A DNA stretch of 64,000 bases from an uncultured Candidatus Saccharibacteria bacterium. GTDB lineage: Bacteria > Patescibacteriota > Minisyncoccia > Minisyncoccales > GWA2-38-27. The notes under the pieces are model-generated. The model ran no database searches. It was not told the origin of the DNA and was given only the letters and a program-made list of their open reading frames with translations. Both the position numbers and the translations under genes were made by a program. The DNA lies in the NCBI GenBank assembly GCA_964387825.1, contig CAYLWZ010000002.1, positions 47,375 through 111,374 on the forward strand, read 5' to 3'. Within the stretch, counting starts at the first letter, position 1, and each line of letters begins with the position of its first letter. Positions 27,869 to 37,468 of this stretch are shown here, one piece after another.

Positions 27869-28387
27869 CTATTTCTTTATACTGCAAGCTTCGTTTAAAT
27901 CTTTAAGAATATTTGCAATATCGATGCCGTAGAGTTTGCAAATATCTCCGATTTTTAAGCTCTCCATTTCCATTTTGGCTAAAGAGCGTGGGATTCGAAC
28001 CAGAACCAAATTTAGAAACGAAAGAATGGGTTAAGTTCGAGGAACGACCCTAGTCCGTCCCGGACGGGTATAGGACGACGAAGAGGTATTAAGAATTAAT
28101 ACCTTGAGGAGGAGTGACGAAGAAATTAGCCCATTCTTTCGCTTCCCTTTAGGCGGGTGAATTTTATCCACCTTCTTCGTTGCTCGTCGCTAATGTATCC
28201 TGCGGATACATTACGCTCCTCGCGCCTTGAATCTGAATAAAATTCGCTCCGCTAAATTGATTCTGGTTCGAATCCCACGCTCTAAAGGGCAACCAAGACA
28301 AGGCAATTTATATTTTTCCAATATTTTGTCTGCCCTGGGATATTCCAAAATTTTAGCCAAAGTTGTGTTTTTTGTAATCTGAACCAT
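27869..28387 (-). pseudogene. DUF1858-like redox-disulfide domain protein split by a family-D MITE
   Basis: Removing 303 bp joins MVQITKNTT...PCLGCP to LAKMEMESLKIGDICKLYGID...IKK* (71 aa). Confidence 0.8.
27983..28283. mobile_element. Family-D composite MITE (301 bp) with an extra nested module
   Basis: TIR agagcgtgggattcgaaccagaa; inverted homolog of 21668-21875. Confidence 0.85.
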
Positions 28388-28388
28388 A

Positions 28389-29147
28389 TTAGGAAGCCAG
28401 CCAGCCGCCGTCAACAACCATTGTGTGCCCGGTAATATATTCGCTTTCGTCTGAAGCCAAAAAAGCGGCCGCATTGGCGATATCCTCGGGTTTGCCTATT
28501 CTTCCATAGGGCACCTTTGCCAAAAGACCTGCTTTTACGTTCTCATCTGCCAGTAATGGCTCTGTCATCGCTGTTTTTATCACGCCGGGAGCAATGGCAT
28601 TAACATTAATTCTGTGCTTCCCGAGGTCTAAAGCAAGCTCTTTGGTTAAGTTAATAATCCCTCCTTTGGTCGCGCAATAAACACTGGACATATCAAAGCC
28701 GACGAATCCGGCAATGCTTGCGATACTAATAATCTTTCCGTATTTCTGGGATTTCATCTCCGGTATGACATACTTTGAACAAAGAATAACGCCTTTTAAG
28801 TTCACATTGAGTATCTTCTCTATTTCTGAGGTCTCCATCTGGTCTAATTCTTTTTGAATAAAAATCCCGGCGTTGTTCACCAAAATATCTATCCTGCCGA
28901 ATTTATCTTTTGTTGTCTTCACCATTCCTTTGATATCTTCTTCATTAGTCACGTCTAATTTTAAAGCTAATCCTTCACTTCCTTTTTCTTCAACCTTTTC
29001 TACCACCGCCTCGCAATCTTCTTTGTTAATGTCGGTAACAACAACTTTGGCGCCGCTTTCGGCTAACTTTAAAGCAATCGCTTCTCCAATTCCCCCCCCT
29101 GCTCCGGTTACTACGGCAATTTTACCAGTTAAATCGTATTTATTCAT
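28389..29147 (-). CDS. SDR-family oxidoreductase
   Basis: TGAGGGIG, NNAG, YCATK. Confidence 0.93.
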   Translation of the reverse strand: MNKYDLTGKIAVVTGAGGGIGEAIALKLAESGAKVVVTDINKEDCEAVVEKVEEKGSEGLALKLDVTNEEDIKGMVKTTKDKFGRIDILVNNAGIFIQKELDQMETSEIEKILNVNLKGVILCSKYVIPEMKSQKYGKIISIASIAGFVGFDMSSVYCATKGGIINLTKELALDLGKHRINVNAIAPGVIKTAMTEPLLADENVKAGLLAKVPYGRIGKPEDIANAAAFLASDESEYITGHTMVVDGGWLAS

Positions 29148-29211
29148 AATTTAATTTGTTTAATTTATTTTTTGCCGATCCTATTTTAAATATTCGAAAT
29201 TCAAAATTTGG

Positions 29212-29350
29212 CTATTCATATCTCAAAGCATCAACCGGATTCATCTTAGCGGCGCCTCTGGCAGGCAGACCCGCCTGTATCGTTATGCGAAGCATTGCGG
29301 GCAGGTATCCGGAAATACAGCCTATCAAGAACGAGAAAACCAGACCAAAT
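29212..29350 (-). pseudogene. 3-prime remnant of an ABC permease carrying a family-B element
   Basis: FGLVFSFLIGCISGY[LPAMLRITIQAG]LPARGAAKMNPVDALRYE*, paralogous to the end of the 30406 gene. Confidence 0.8.
29270..29305. mobile_element. Family-B 36-bp palindromic element
   Basis: cccgcctgtatcgttatgcgaagcattgcgggcagg; absent from the paralog near 30460. Confidence 0.85.
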
Positions 29351-29965
29351 TTACAGGCTTAAACTAAATTTTACTAATTCTTTTTTTATAATTTTTTCGT
29401 CAATCTTAAACCTCTTTTTATAAATAATTTTTTCTGAATAATCAATATCTTTAAAATAAACAAGCTGGCTACGGAACATTTTTTCATTGAATTCATCTCC
29501 AAAAATCTCTCTTGCTTTTTTCGCTATTTTCCCCAAAGAATAATAATTCTTCATGATAAAATATAAATCAACATAGTCCTTCCATTTGGGTCTTCTACCC
29601 AGAACGTAAGCCTTCATCGCCGATAATGTCAGTAAATTCGGCAATTTTATAAAATTATCAAATTTTTCGGAAAAATTAATTTTGAACGGAAAATTAAAAA
29701 AAGTAAATCCTACGCTATTTATTAATAAAGTAAATTGTCCTTCTTCGTCGCGAATTACGCGCTCAATTTTTTTTAATCCTGTTATTTTTTCGCGAATATA
29801 ATAATTATTGAATTCTTTGTTTGTAAATAAATCAAAATCAATTGACTCCCGGTGACCGATATAAAGCGCAATCGCGGTCCCACCAACCAAACCAAAATTT
29901 TTCTTAAATAATTCAATTAAAGGCAATAATTCAATCTGTTCTTTAGTTAAAATTTCTTTATGCAT
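29351..29965 (-). CDS. AbiEii/AbiGii-family nucleotidyltransferase toxin
   Basis: GGTAIAL, HRESIDFD, KDYVDLY. Confidence 0.85.
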   Translation of the reverse strand: MHKEILTKEQIELLPLIELFKKNFGLVGGTAIALYIGHRESIDFDLFTNKEFNNYYIREKITGLKKIERVIRDEEGQFTLLINSVGFTFFNFPFKINFSEKFDNFIKLPNLLTLSAMKAYVLGRRPKWKDYVDLYFIMKNYYSLGKIAKKAREIFGDEFNEKMFRSQLVYFKDIDYSEKIIYKKRFKIDEKIIKKELVKFSLSL

Positions 29966-30224
29966 ACTGTTTGAAATATAGATCAAAATAATTTTTTATC
30001 TTATTATCATAATTAATTCTTTTACGATTTGTCTGTTTTTCAAAAATCCGCGCCATTTTTTTTATCCCCATAATCGCGATGAGTTTTTGCACATCATCCC
30101 AATCGCCATAATTCAAAGTGTGCTCCATAATTGATTCATCGGAGAGTTGTTTTACGTCTTTTACATACCATATTAAATACGGCCTCTTTTTTATAAAATT
30201 TTTAATTTTTTGCCTGTTTTTCAT
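29958..30224 (-). CDS. Small putative antitoxin partner (DUF6922-like)
   Basis: LIWY...LNYGDWDD; overlaps the AbiEii start. Confidence 0.65.
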   Translation of the reverse strand: MKNRQKIKNFIKKRPYLIWYVKDVKQLSDESIMEHTLNYGDWDDVQKLIAIMGIKKMARIFEKQTNRKRINYDNKIKNYFDLYFKQYA

Positions 30225-30405
30225 TTATTACGCATTAGGTTTATTGTATTTTAATTATAGCATATTTTGTATATTTTGTTCCAAAAATAAAATCCGGCCC
30301 TTCGGCGGATTCTAAAATTTAAGTGAAAAGTCGGAAACGTCCCTACTTTTCACTTTTCTACTTTTCTACTTTTCCTTTTAAAAACAAAAGATGCTTGAGA
30401 ATAAC

Positions 30406-31620
30406 TCATTCATATCTCAAGGCCTCGGCCGGATTAAATTTGGCGGCGCTTCTGGCAGGCAGATATCCGGAGACACAACCGACTAAAAATGAGAAAGTCA
30501 GGCCAAAAAGAATAAGCTGGGGAGTAATTGACGCTTCTAAGAAAAAAATGGGATGTATTTGAAAATAAATTTCCACTGCCTTAGCCAATCCCAGTCCTAA
30601 AATTGTTCCTCCTATTCCTCCAAACAAGCCAAAGATGCCTGATTCAACCAAAAAAATCGCGACAATGCTTCTATTTCTCGCGCCAACCGCTTTCATAATT
30701 CCAATTTCCCGAATTCTCTCCCGTACTGAAGTATACATCGTATTCATTATCCCTATCCCCCCAACCACAATGGCTATTGAGGCGAAACCAATCACTATTA
30801 ATTGCACTAAGCCCATTATGCTTCCCACTATGTCGCCCATTTTTTCGCTGCTAAGTACGGCGTAAGACGGAAGGTCTCCTTCCCCTCTTCTCCTTTTTCT
30901 GCTTTCTTCAAGTTTTTCTTTTATATTTTCTGTTACCTCATCCGCTGAATATCCGGATTCAATCTTAGCCATAACAACTTTAGCCCCTGTCCGCTCTCCT
31001 GTAATCTGGCGGAAAATATCTAAATCCAGATAAACCTGGGAATCGTCTTGCTTGCTTCCCAGAGATTTTAATATTCCTGTAACTTCAAAATTCCTGCCTC
31101 TGAGATTAATCTGAGCGCCTATTCTCATTCCTCGAAAAATTTCTTCAGGGACCAAACTTCCAATACAAATTTCCCTCTTCCCGGAAACAGGCCAGCGTCC
31201 CTGTTTCAAGTCCCACCCCATATCAGATTTCAAGACCTTTAATGTTTCTTCCCAAGGAACTCCTGTAACTAAAACTGTTTTCTTTTCGCCTGCATATCTG
31301 ATTGCTTCTCCTCTGTATGTCATGGGAACGACAACGCTTACTCCTTCTGTTTTTTTTATTGCCTCAATATCGTCTTCAGACAACTCCATTCCACCGGCCA
31401 TAGCTGTTGTTATGTCGGTAATATCTCCAGGCATAACAATAATTATATCTTTTCCCATCATTCTCAGCTGCTGCAAAACCGCTTTCTCTATGCCCTGGCT
31501 CAAAGAAAGCAATGACATAATCAAAAAAATACCGATAACAACGCCTATCATAGTCAACCAGCTCCTAATTTGCCTTGTCCTCAAATTTCTTATGGCGATT
31601 TTAATATATTCCTTAAACAT
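30406..31620 (-). CDS. MacB/FtsX-like ABC permease
   Basis: GGIGIMN, ERIREIGIMKAVGA, PAEALRYE. Confidence 0.92.
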   Translation of the reverse strand: MFKEYIKIAIRNLRTRQIRSWLTMIGVVIGIFLIMSLLSLSQGIEKAVLQQLRMMGKDIIIVMPGDITDITTAMAGGMELSEDDIEAIKKTEGVSVVVPMTYRGEAIRYAGEKKTVLVTGVPWEETLKVLKSDMGWDLKQGRWPVSGKREICIGSLVPEEIFRGMRIGAQINLRGRNFEVTGILKSLGSKQDDSQVYLDLDIFRQITGERTGAKVVMAKIESGYSADEVTENIKEKLEESRKRRRGEGDLPSYAVLSSEKMGDIVGSIMGLVQLIVIGFASIAIVVGGIGIMNTMYTSVRERIREIGIMKAVGARNRSIVAIFLVESGIFGLFGGIGGTILGLGLAKAVEIYFQIHPIFFLEASITPQLILFGLTFSFLVGCVSGYLPARSAAKFNPAEALRYE

Positions 31621-31702
31621 TAGATTTAAGTTGTAAGTTGAAAGATTAAAAATATCAACCGATTTCCTTAAATTTAGCAACTCTAATCTTTGGTCTTTAA
31701 TC

Positions 31703-32419
31703 TTATTTCTCCCATAGAATCTTTTCTGCCTGAAAATGGTTATGGATTATTTGTCCATCCTTAATATGAACTACTTGCTTGCTATAACCGGCTATATTCG
31801 GGTCATGAGTAACAACAATAATCGTCTTTTTTTCTTTTTTATGAAGATCGGTCAAAATCTCCATAATTAATTTTCCGGTGGTAGAATCCAAATTACCTGT
31901 CGGCTCGTCAGCAACGATAATTTCCGGGTCATTAGCCAAAGCCCGGGCAATTGCTATTCTTTGTTTTTCTCCTCCGGAAAGTTCGCCCGGCCTATGATGA
32001 ATCCTGTTCTCCAGATTTACAGAGGCAAGAAGTTTTTTTGCTCTTTCTCTTCTTTTTGTATCTTTAGCTCCTTGAAAAATCATAGGAAGCATCACATTTT
32101 CTAAGGCGTTAAGGTTAGGCAGCAAATTAAACTGCTGGAAAACAAAACCTATCTTTCTGCCTCTAATTAAAGCCAGCTGATTTTCGGAAAGGCGAGAAAT
32201 GTCCTTGCCTCCTAAGAAAATTTTTCCTTTAGTCGGTACGTCCAAGCAGCCAACAATATACATAAGAGTTGACTTGCCGGAACCAGACGCCCCCATTATA
32301 GCCACAAAAGATCCGGATAGAATTTCTAAGTTTATCCCTTTCAGAACAGTAAGTTCTAATTTCCCTAATTGATAAGTTTTCCAAATATCCTCAAGTTTTA
32401 TTATAGGAAGATTATCCAT
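31703..32419 (-). CDS. ABC transporter ATP-binding protein (LolD/MacB-like)
   Basis: [21 protein letters not shown]. Confidence 0.95.
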   Translation of the reverse strand: MDNLPIIKLEDIWKTYQLGKLELTVLKGINLEILSGSFVAIMGASGSGKSTLMYIVGCLDVPTKGKIFLGGKDISRLSENQLALIRGRKIGFVFQQFNLLPNLNALENVMLPMIFQGAKDTKRRERAKKLLASVNLENRIHHRPGELSGGEKQRIAIARALANDPEIIVADEPTGNLDSTTGKLIMEILTDLHKKEKKTIIVVTHDPNIAGYSKQVVHIKDGQIIHNHFQAEKILWEK

Positions 32420-32496
32420 TTTTTATTAAAGTTTATTAAATCTAAACCAAGCTCCGGCAAAAGAATAGGAAGTAGGATATAACGGAAAGGATATCC

Positions 32497-34005
32497 TTAT
32501 AATACTTTTTCTCCTTCTTCAAGGCCGGAAGTAATCTCAACAAAGTCTTCGCCTTCCAGCCCTGTTTCTATTTCCCGGGGTTTGACTTCGCCATTTTCAT
32601 AAACTCGGACTATTTTTTGCCCGCTCGTCTTTTCTATCAATTCCTTAGGAACGCGCAAAACATTATCTTTTTCAGCGGTTTTTATAATAATGTCGGCCGT
32701 CATACCGGGCTTGATGCCTTCTTTTATTTTCAGAAAATCAATAATCACCTTATAATAAACTACTCCTTCAATTAATTTTTCTGCGGGGTCAATTGAAATG
32801 ACTTTTCCCTCAAAGGCTTGGCCGGGGAAAGGAGTTAAATCAATATTTACCGGATCTCCAATTTTTATTTTAACAATATCTTCCTCGTAAATATTAACTT
32901 CTACTTGAAAAGGAGCAGCCGGAAGAAAAGAAATCACAGAATCGGCCGGTTGAGCCATTTCTCCTTCCCTTTTATTAATATCTGTTATTTGGCCATTTTC
33001 AGGAGCTTTCAAAACTGCTTGGGTAATCTTATTTTCTAAAAGTTTAATTTTGGCCTCGCCTTGCTTTATCTGCGCCCGATATAATCCTTCTCCTTGCAAT
33101 TTATTCTCAAGAGAAGAAATTTCAGCTTGAGCATTATTGATATTCGTTTTATTGGTAATCTTGACCGTTGAAATGTCTTGTTGGGCGTTAACAATATCGG
33201 CAGTAACGTTATTTATATTCGTTCTCTGGGTATCTAAAGACGTCTTATCAGCGCTTGAAACAAGAGCGCGATAAGCTTCACTTTTTGTATCGTCTCGAAT
33301 TACTTCCAAAGAATTGCTTACTGCCTCTAATTGCTCCTTTACTTTAAGAAGAACTGAATCAATATTTTCTTCTTGGGAATTATTTTTAGCGTCGTTAACA
33401 TAGGTTTTAATTCTTTCCAAATCACTTTTGATATTATATTTTTCATTTACCACTTCCGTTGATTTTTCATCAAAAGAAGTAAAATAATCGCGCTGGATTT
33501 TATAAACCACATTATAAGCGTTATATGTTTTTAAGTAAGAATCATCTAAAACAGTAAGAGCGTCGTCATAAGCGTTATCCATGTCTTCGTCCGCTTTAGA
33601 TTTAGCGTCTTCCAAGCTCTGTTCCGCATTTTGGAGAGAAACATCGGCATCCGTATTCTTTGCTTTTGCAACTTCTGAATCGGCTTTTGCTTCATCTAAC
33701 TCAATGTAAAGCTGAGTTGTGTCAAGTTTGGCCAAGAATTGTCCTGTTTCCACATTATCGCCGATATTAACATACATTTCTTTAATTCTTCCTGAATTCT
33801 TAAAACTGAGGTCTCTTTTTTCCGAAACCTTAACCGAACCTGTTTCGGAAACCTCCTGAGTAATCGCGCCCCTGACTACTTTTTGGAAAACAAAATTTGG
33901 CTCTTTGTTCTTAAATAAAAACCAATAAACGCCAAAACTCAAAAGAGCCGTGATTATAATGATGACTGAAATTATTTTTTTGCTCTTCCCGTTAAAAATT
34001 TTCAT
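32497..34005 (-). CDS. Efflux periplasmic adaptor (MacA/HlyD-like)
   Basis: N-terminal TM, lipoyl-like halves, long coiled coil, KPGMTA. Confidence 0.88.
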   Translation of the reverse strand: MKIFNGKSKKIISVIIIITALLSFGVYWFLFKNKEPNFVFQKVVRGAITQEVSETGSVKVSEKRDLSFKNSGRIKEMYVNIGDNVETGQFLAKLDTTQLYIELDEAKADSEVAKAKNTDADVSLQNAEQSLEDAKSKADEDMDNAYDDALTVLDDSYLKTYNAYNVVYKIQRDYFTSFDEKSTEVVNEKYNIKSDLERIKTYVNDAKNNSQEENIDSVLLKVKEQLEAVSNSLEVIRDDTKSEAYRALVSSADKTSLDTQRTNINNVTADIVNAQQDISTVKITNKTNINNAQAEISSLENKLQGEGLYRAQIKQGEAKIKLLENKITQAVLKAPENGQITDINKREGEMAQPADSVISFLPAAPFQVEVNIYEEDIVKIKIGDPVNIDLTPFPGQAFEGKVISIDPAEKLIEGVVYYKVIIDFLKIKEGIKPGMTADIIIKTAEKDNVLRVPKELIEKTSGQKIVRVYENGEVKPREIETGLEGEDFVEITSGLEEGEKVL

Positions 34006-34013
34006 AAATTTTT

Positions 34014-34048
34014 ACCCATTAGAATACCATAAAAATTTCTAATAGGGC
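34014..34048. mobile_element. Family-A MITE, short degenerate copy
   Basis: acccattagaat...tttctaatagggc with TT flanks. Confidence 0.6.
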
Positions 34049-34157
34049 TTATATTTTTATTAATCTGTTATCTTCCATTTTATATTTTTTTTACTAAAAA
34101 AGCAACGAAAAAAATCCCAATTTAAAAATTAGGTCTATTTTTCGCCAAAACCTAAAA

Positions 34158-34436
34158 TTATTTTTTCCTCAACTTGATTGCTTTTCCTTCAATTAAAGCG
34201 CCTGAAACTTTTTTGCGGGCGGAGGTTAAAATTCGCTGAAGAGTACTTTGGGAAATTCCCATTTTTTTAGCCGCTTTTGCTTGCCTCAACTCCTCAAAGT
34301 CGCAAAGCCGCAAGGCCTCCACTTCGTCTATCTTTAAATTTACCTCTTCTAACTCCGAAAGAGGGACTGCTCTTGGTTTGAAATAGGTTACATTAGGCTC
34401 AAAAGAAATTTTTCTTTGTTTGATAGGTTTAGCCAT
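34158..34436 (-). CDS. DUF134 (UPF0251) HTH protein
   Basis: YFKP, EVEALRLCD, MGISQST, ARKK. Confidence 0.88.
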   Translation of the reverse strand: MAKPIKQRKISFEPNVTYFKPRAVPLSELEEVNLKIDEVEALRLCDFEELRQAKAAKKMGISQSTLQRILTSARKKVSGALIEGKAIKLRKK

Positions 34437-34444
34437 AAAAAGAT

Positions 34445-35443
34445 TTAAGATTCAATAATTAAGAATTTTATCAGTTTTTTAAAAATATTTTTAATCTCAT
34501 TTTTTGCTTTTAAGTTTGTTTCCATAATCGGAGTTAAATTAGATATTGATTTAAAAACATTTTTATCATAAGAGATTCTTCCTAAAAATCTGCCTTTTAC
34601 CTGCCCTGATTTTTTCTGAAGGGCCCATTTTTCTATTTTATCGCTCAATTCAAAATTAATATCATATTTATTTATAACCACGCCCCAGGGAATCTTAAAG
34701 TATTTAACAACTTCTAAAACTCTTTTTAGGTCGGAAAAACCGGAAAAGGTCGGTTCTGTGACCAATAAAGCAAAGTCTGCTCCCTGAAGAGAAGCGATTA
34801 CAGGACAACTCGTTCCCGGCGCCGAATCAATAAGCATTATGTCTCCGTCAAACTCTTCTCCTCGCCGCTTAATCTCAGTAACTATTTTTCCAGAACCTGT
34901 TTCCCCTGGATAAAGCTGTCCGGAAACGAGAAAAAACCCATATTTTGTCTTTTTTGTTCTTATCTCTCCGTTTTTTACTGGTTCCATTTTTATTGCTCCA
35001 GCCGGACAAAAAACTTCGCAAGCCCCGCATCCTTCGCATAAAAAAGGATTTAATTTTAACTTTTTCCCCTCTTGGCGAAGCTCGCCCTTGACGGCCTTTT
35101 CCACACTTAACGCGCCAAATCTGCATTTTTTGGCGCATTCTTCCGCTCTTCCTTCTAATTTGCTGTTGTCAATCACAGGTTTCTCCGAAACGCTTATTTC
35201 AAGAATATATATTTTATTCCTTAACGAATCAAGGTTCTGCGAGCGAAGCGAGCGGGTTCTTATTTTTTTCACTTCTTCCCATCCCCCAATTTCGTTTAAC
35301 CAAACAGCTAAATTAGGAGCGTCAACGTCGCAGTCAATCGCAACGATTCTCTTTTTCTCTTTTGCGAAAATTATCGCCAAGGAAGAAGCCAACATTGATT
35401 TTCCCACTCCCCCTTTTCCGCTGGCAATTACTATTTTTTTCAT
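34445..35443 (-). CDS. MinD-like P-loop ATPase with inserted 4Fe-4S domains
   Basis: SGKGGVGKS, DCDVDAPN, CEGCGAC, PGTSCP, VTEPT. Confidence 0.88.
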   Translation of the reverse strand: MKKIVIASGKGGVGKSMLASSLAIIFAKEKKRIVAIDCDVDAPNLAVWLNEIGGWEEVKKIRTRSLRSQNLDSLRNKIYILEISVSEKPVIDNSKLEGRAEECAKKCRFGALSVEKAVKGELRQEGKKLKLNPFLCEGCGACEVFCPAGAIKMEPVKNGEIRTKKTKYGFFLVSGQLYPGETGSGKIVTEIKRRGEEFDGDIMLIDSAPGTSCPVIASLQGADFALLVTEPTFSGFSDLKRVLEVVKYFKIPWGVVINKYDINFELSDKIEKWALQKKSGQVKGRFLGRISYDKNVFKSISNLTPIMETNLKAKNEIKNIFKKLIKFLIIES

Positions 35444-35446
35444 TTC

Positions 35447-35566
35447 TCACTTTGAATTACTAAAAAATTCTCCTTTCTTAACCCGAAAAGACAAATCATT
35501 AATAATTTTCTCACCGTCTAATTCTACATTTAAGTTTTCAACTTTTAAAATTAAATCTTCTGGTAT
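35447..35566 (-). pseudogene. N-terminal fragment of an ABC ATPase
   Basis: ILKVENLNVELDGEKIINDLSFRVKKGE followed by a stop; no Walker A. Confidence 0.55.
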
Positions 35567-35592
35567 TGCAAAGATAGCTCTAAATTTAATTT

Positions 35593-36147
35593 TTATAATC
35601 CTAATCCATCAGAAATTTTTTGCATCGCACTTAAAGTAATCTCAATAAATTTTTCTAAAGACAGACCTAATAAATTTTCAGATTTTTTTATTATTTCCCT
35701 ATTAGCCCCTCTGGCAAACGCTTTTTCCTTAAAACGCCTTAAAACATTTTCCGTTTTTAAATCGTTTATTTTTTTAGAAGGCAGAACAAGAGTAGCGGCT
35801 ACTATTAAACCGGTTAAAGGGTCAACGCAATATAGCGCCTTTGCCATTTTTGTTTCCGGTTCAATGTTATGAATTTCATTATGAGACAAAACCGCATTAC
35901 ATATCTCTTCGTCAAATCCTAATTTTTTCAACATTTCGGCCCCTACCCTAGAATGCAGTTTGGGATCGCCTTCTACTTTTTCATAATCAATATCGTGCAA
36001 TAAACCGGCAATCCCCCATTTATTTTTGTCTTCATCAAAATATTCGGCAAAATCCCTCATTGCTGCTTCTACGGCTAAACAATGTTTAATGAGATTTTTA
36101 TTTTTAATATTTTCTTTTAATAAATTTAATGCTTCTTCTCTTTTCAT
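35593..36147 (-). CDS. HDIG-domain phosphohydrolase
   Basis: HCLAVE, LLHDID, FARGANRE. Confidence 0.88.
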   Translation of the reverse strand: MKREEALNLLKENIKNKNLIKHCLAVEAAMRDFAEYFDEDKNKWGIAGLLHDIDYEKVEGDPKLHSRVGAEMLKKLGFDEEICNAVLSHNEIHNIEPETKMAKALYCVDPLTGLIVAATLVLPSKKINDLKTENVLRRFKEKAFARGANREIIKKSENLLGLSLEKFIEITLSAMQKISDGLGL

Positions 36148-36737
36148 TTTATTTTAAATAAAAGCCATTGTTTTCCCCGGCCTTTCCCGCCTGCAACGCT
36201 TTGCGTAGCATTGCGGGCAGGCCCGCCTGCAACGCTTTGCGTAGCATTGCGGGCAGGCATTTTAACTAAGCAATAATTTCCTTTTAATTTTTTACCTTTT
36301 AATCCAAAAATAATCTTATCCTTTGTTTTCTCAACTAATTCGTATTTTCCTTTGTCATAAATCTTGACAATGCCTGCTCCATAATTTCCTTTGGGTATTT
36401 TTCCTTCAAAATTAATATAGCCGATTGGGTGGTCTTCAGTTTGAATCGCCAGATGTTTCACTCCCTTCTTTCCCGGCACTCCTTTCGGCACCGCCCAAGA
36501 TTTTAAAACTCCATCCCCGCCTGCATCGCTATGCGAAGCATTGCGGGCAGGCCCGCCTGCATCGCTATGCGAAGCATTGCGGGCAGGCATTTCTAACCTG
36601 AAATCAAAATGATGCCCCGCTTTCTCAGCAAAATGTTCTTGAACCACAAACCTATTTTCTGAAGTTCTCAAAACCTTACCTTTTGGCTCGGGAGTTTTAT
36701 CAAACTTTCTTTTCTCCCAATATTTTTTTAAGCTCAT
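36144..36737 (-). CDS. Stand-alone LigD 3-prime phosphoesterase domain with four family-B insertions
   Basis: RKFDKTPEP, FVVQEH, HFDFRLE, LKSWAVPKG, TEDHP, YGAG. Confidence 0.9.
   Translation of the reverse strand: MSLKKYWEKRKFDKTPEPKGKVLRTSENRFVVQEHFAEKAGHHFDFRLEMPARNASHSDAGGPARNASHSDAGGDGVLKSWAVPKGVPGKKGVKHLAIQTEDHPIGYINFEGKIPKGNYGAGIVKIYDKGKYELVEKTKDKIIFGLKGKKLKGNYCLVKMPARNATQSVAGGPARNATQSVAGGKGRGKQWLLFKIK
36186..36257. mobile_element. Family-B element, tandem pair (2 x 36 bp; PARNATQSVAGG)
   Basis: Identical head-to-tail units. Confidence 0.9.
36516..36587. mobile_element. Family-B element, tandem pair (2 x 36 bp; PARNASHSDAGG)
   Basis: Identical head-to-tail units. Confidence 0.9.
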
Positions 36738-36851
36738 CTCAATTTCTTATCCAATTATTATTTTATCATCTAAATTCTTCAATGATTTAAAAATCTTCTA
36801 ACTATTTTTTTCAAATTGACGATACTTGTCTGGCCTTTGAAATTGCGGTTT

Positions 36852-37367
36852 TTATTCCGGGAGGATGCAAAAAGTATTATTAAAGCGGTTAATATAATTA
36901 AAGAGGCCAACGATTGATATAATTTCAACGATCTCTGGCTCTGAAAAATCTTTTTTCATTTTTCCAAAAAACTCTGGAGTGCAAACATGGGCTTTTAAAG
37001 TTATCTCTTTAACCAATTTCAGTATCTCTTTTTCTTTTTCTGAGAGGTCTTTCGTTTTTTTGACTTTCTTAATTTCCTCGTCCGTAGCCCCCATTTTTTT
37101 TAACATTTTGGAAGTTACATCAACGCAAAAAGGACATCTCAATGTCTCTGAAACTGTATAAGCTATTTTCCATTTTAATAATCTTTCTATTTTCCCCTCG
37201 CCCATAACCGTTTGAAAGAGCTCAAAAAACTCTTTTAATATTTCCGGCCGATGAGCCATTACCTTAACCCATTCAGGCGTTTCTTTCCCTTCTTTCTCAA
37301 ATCCGTCATAAATTTCTTTTGCTATCTCTGAAACTTGATTTTTTTCTAAAGAAGAAATTATGGCCAT
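36852..37367 (-). CDS. Carboxymuconolactone decarboxylase/AhpD-like protein
   Basis: MAHRPE, CPFC, FNYINRFN. Confidence 0.8.
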   Translation of the reverse strand: MAIISSLEKNQVSEIAKEIYDGFEKEGKETPEWVKVMAHRPEILKEFFELFQTVMGEGKIERLLKWKIAYTVSETLRCPFCVDVTSKMLKKMGATDEEIKKVKKTKDLSEKEKEILKLVKEITLKAHVCTPEFFGKMKKDFSEPEIVEIISIVGLFNYINRFNNTFCILPE

Positions 37368-37468
37368 AATTTTAATTTTCAATCTTTCTTTAATTTTAAT
37401 TGAATAACTTAATTTTTAATCTCCTAATGGATAAAATTTGTCTAAAGATTAAATCGTTTAAAACTCAT

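Noticed and set aside
27741-27932. 63-aa plus-strand ORF
   Set aside because: Overlaps a terminator, a promoter and the 3-prime half of the split DUF1858-like gene; no protein motif
36186-36587. 36-bp palindromic direct repeats suggesting a CRISPR array
   Set aside because: Units are head-to-tail with no spacers, lie in-frame inside a gene, and no cas genes are present
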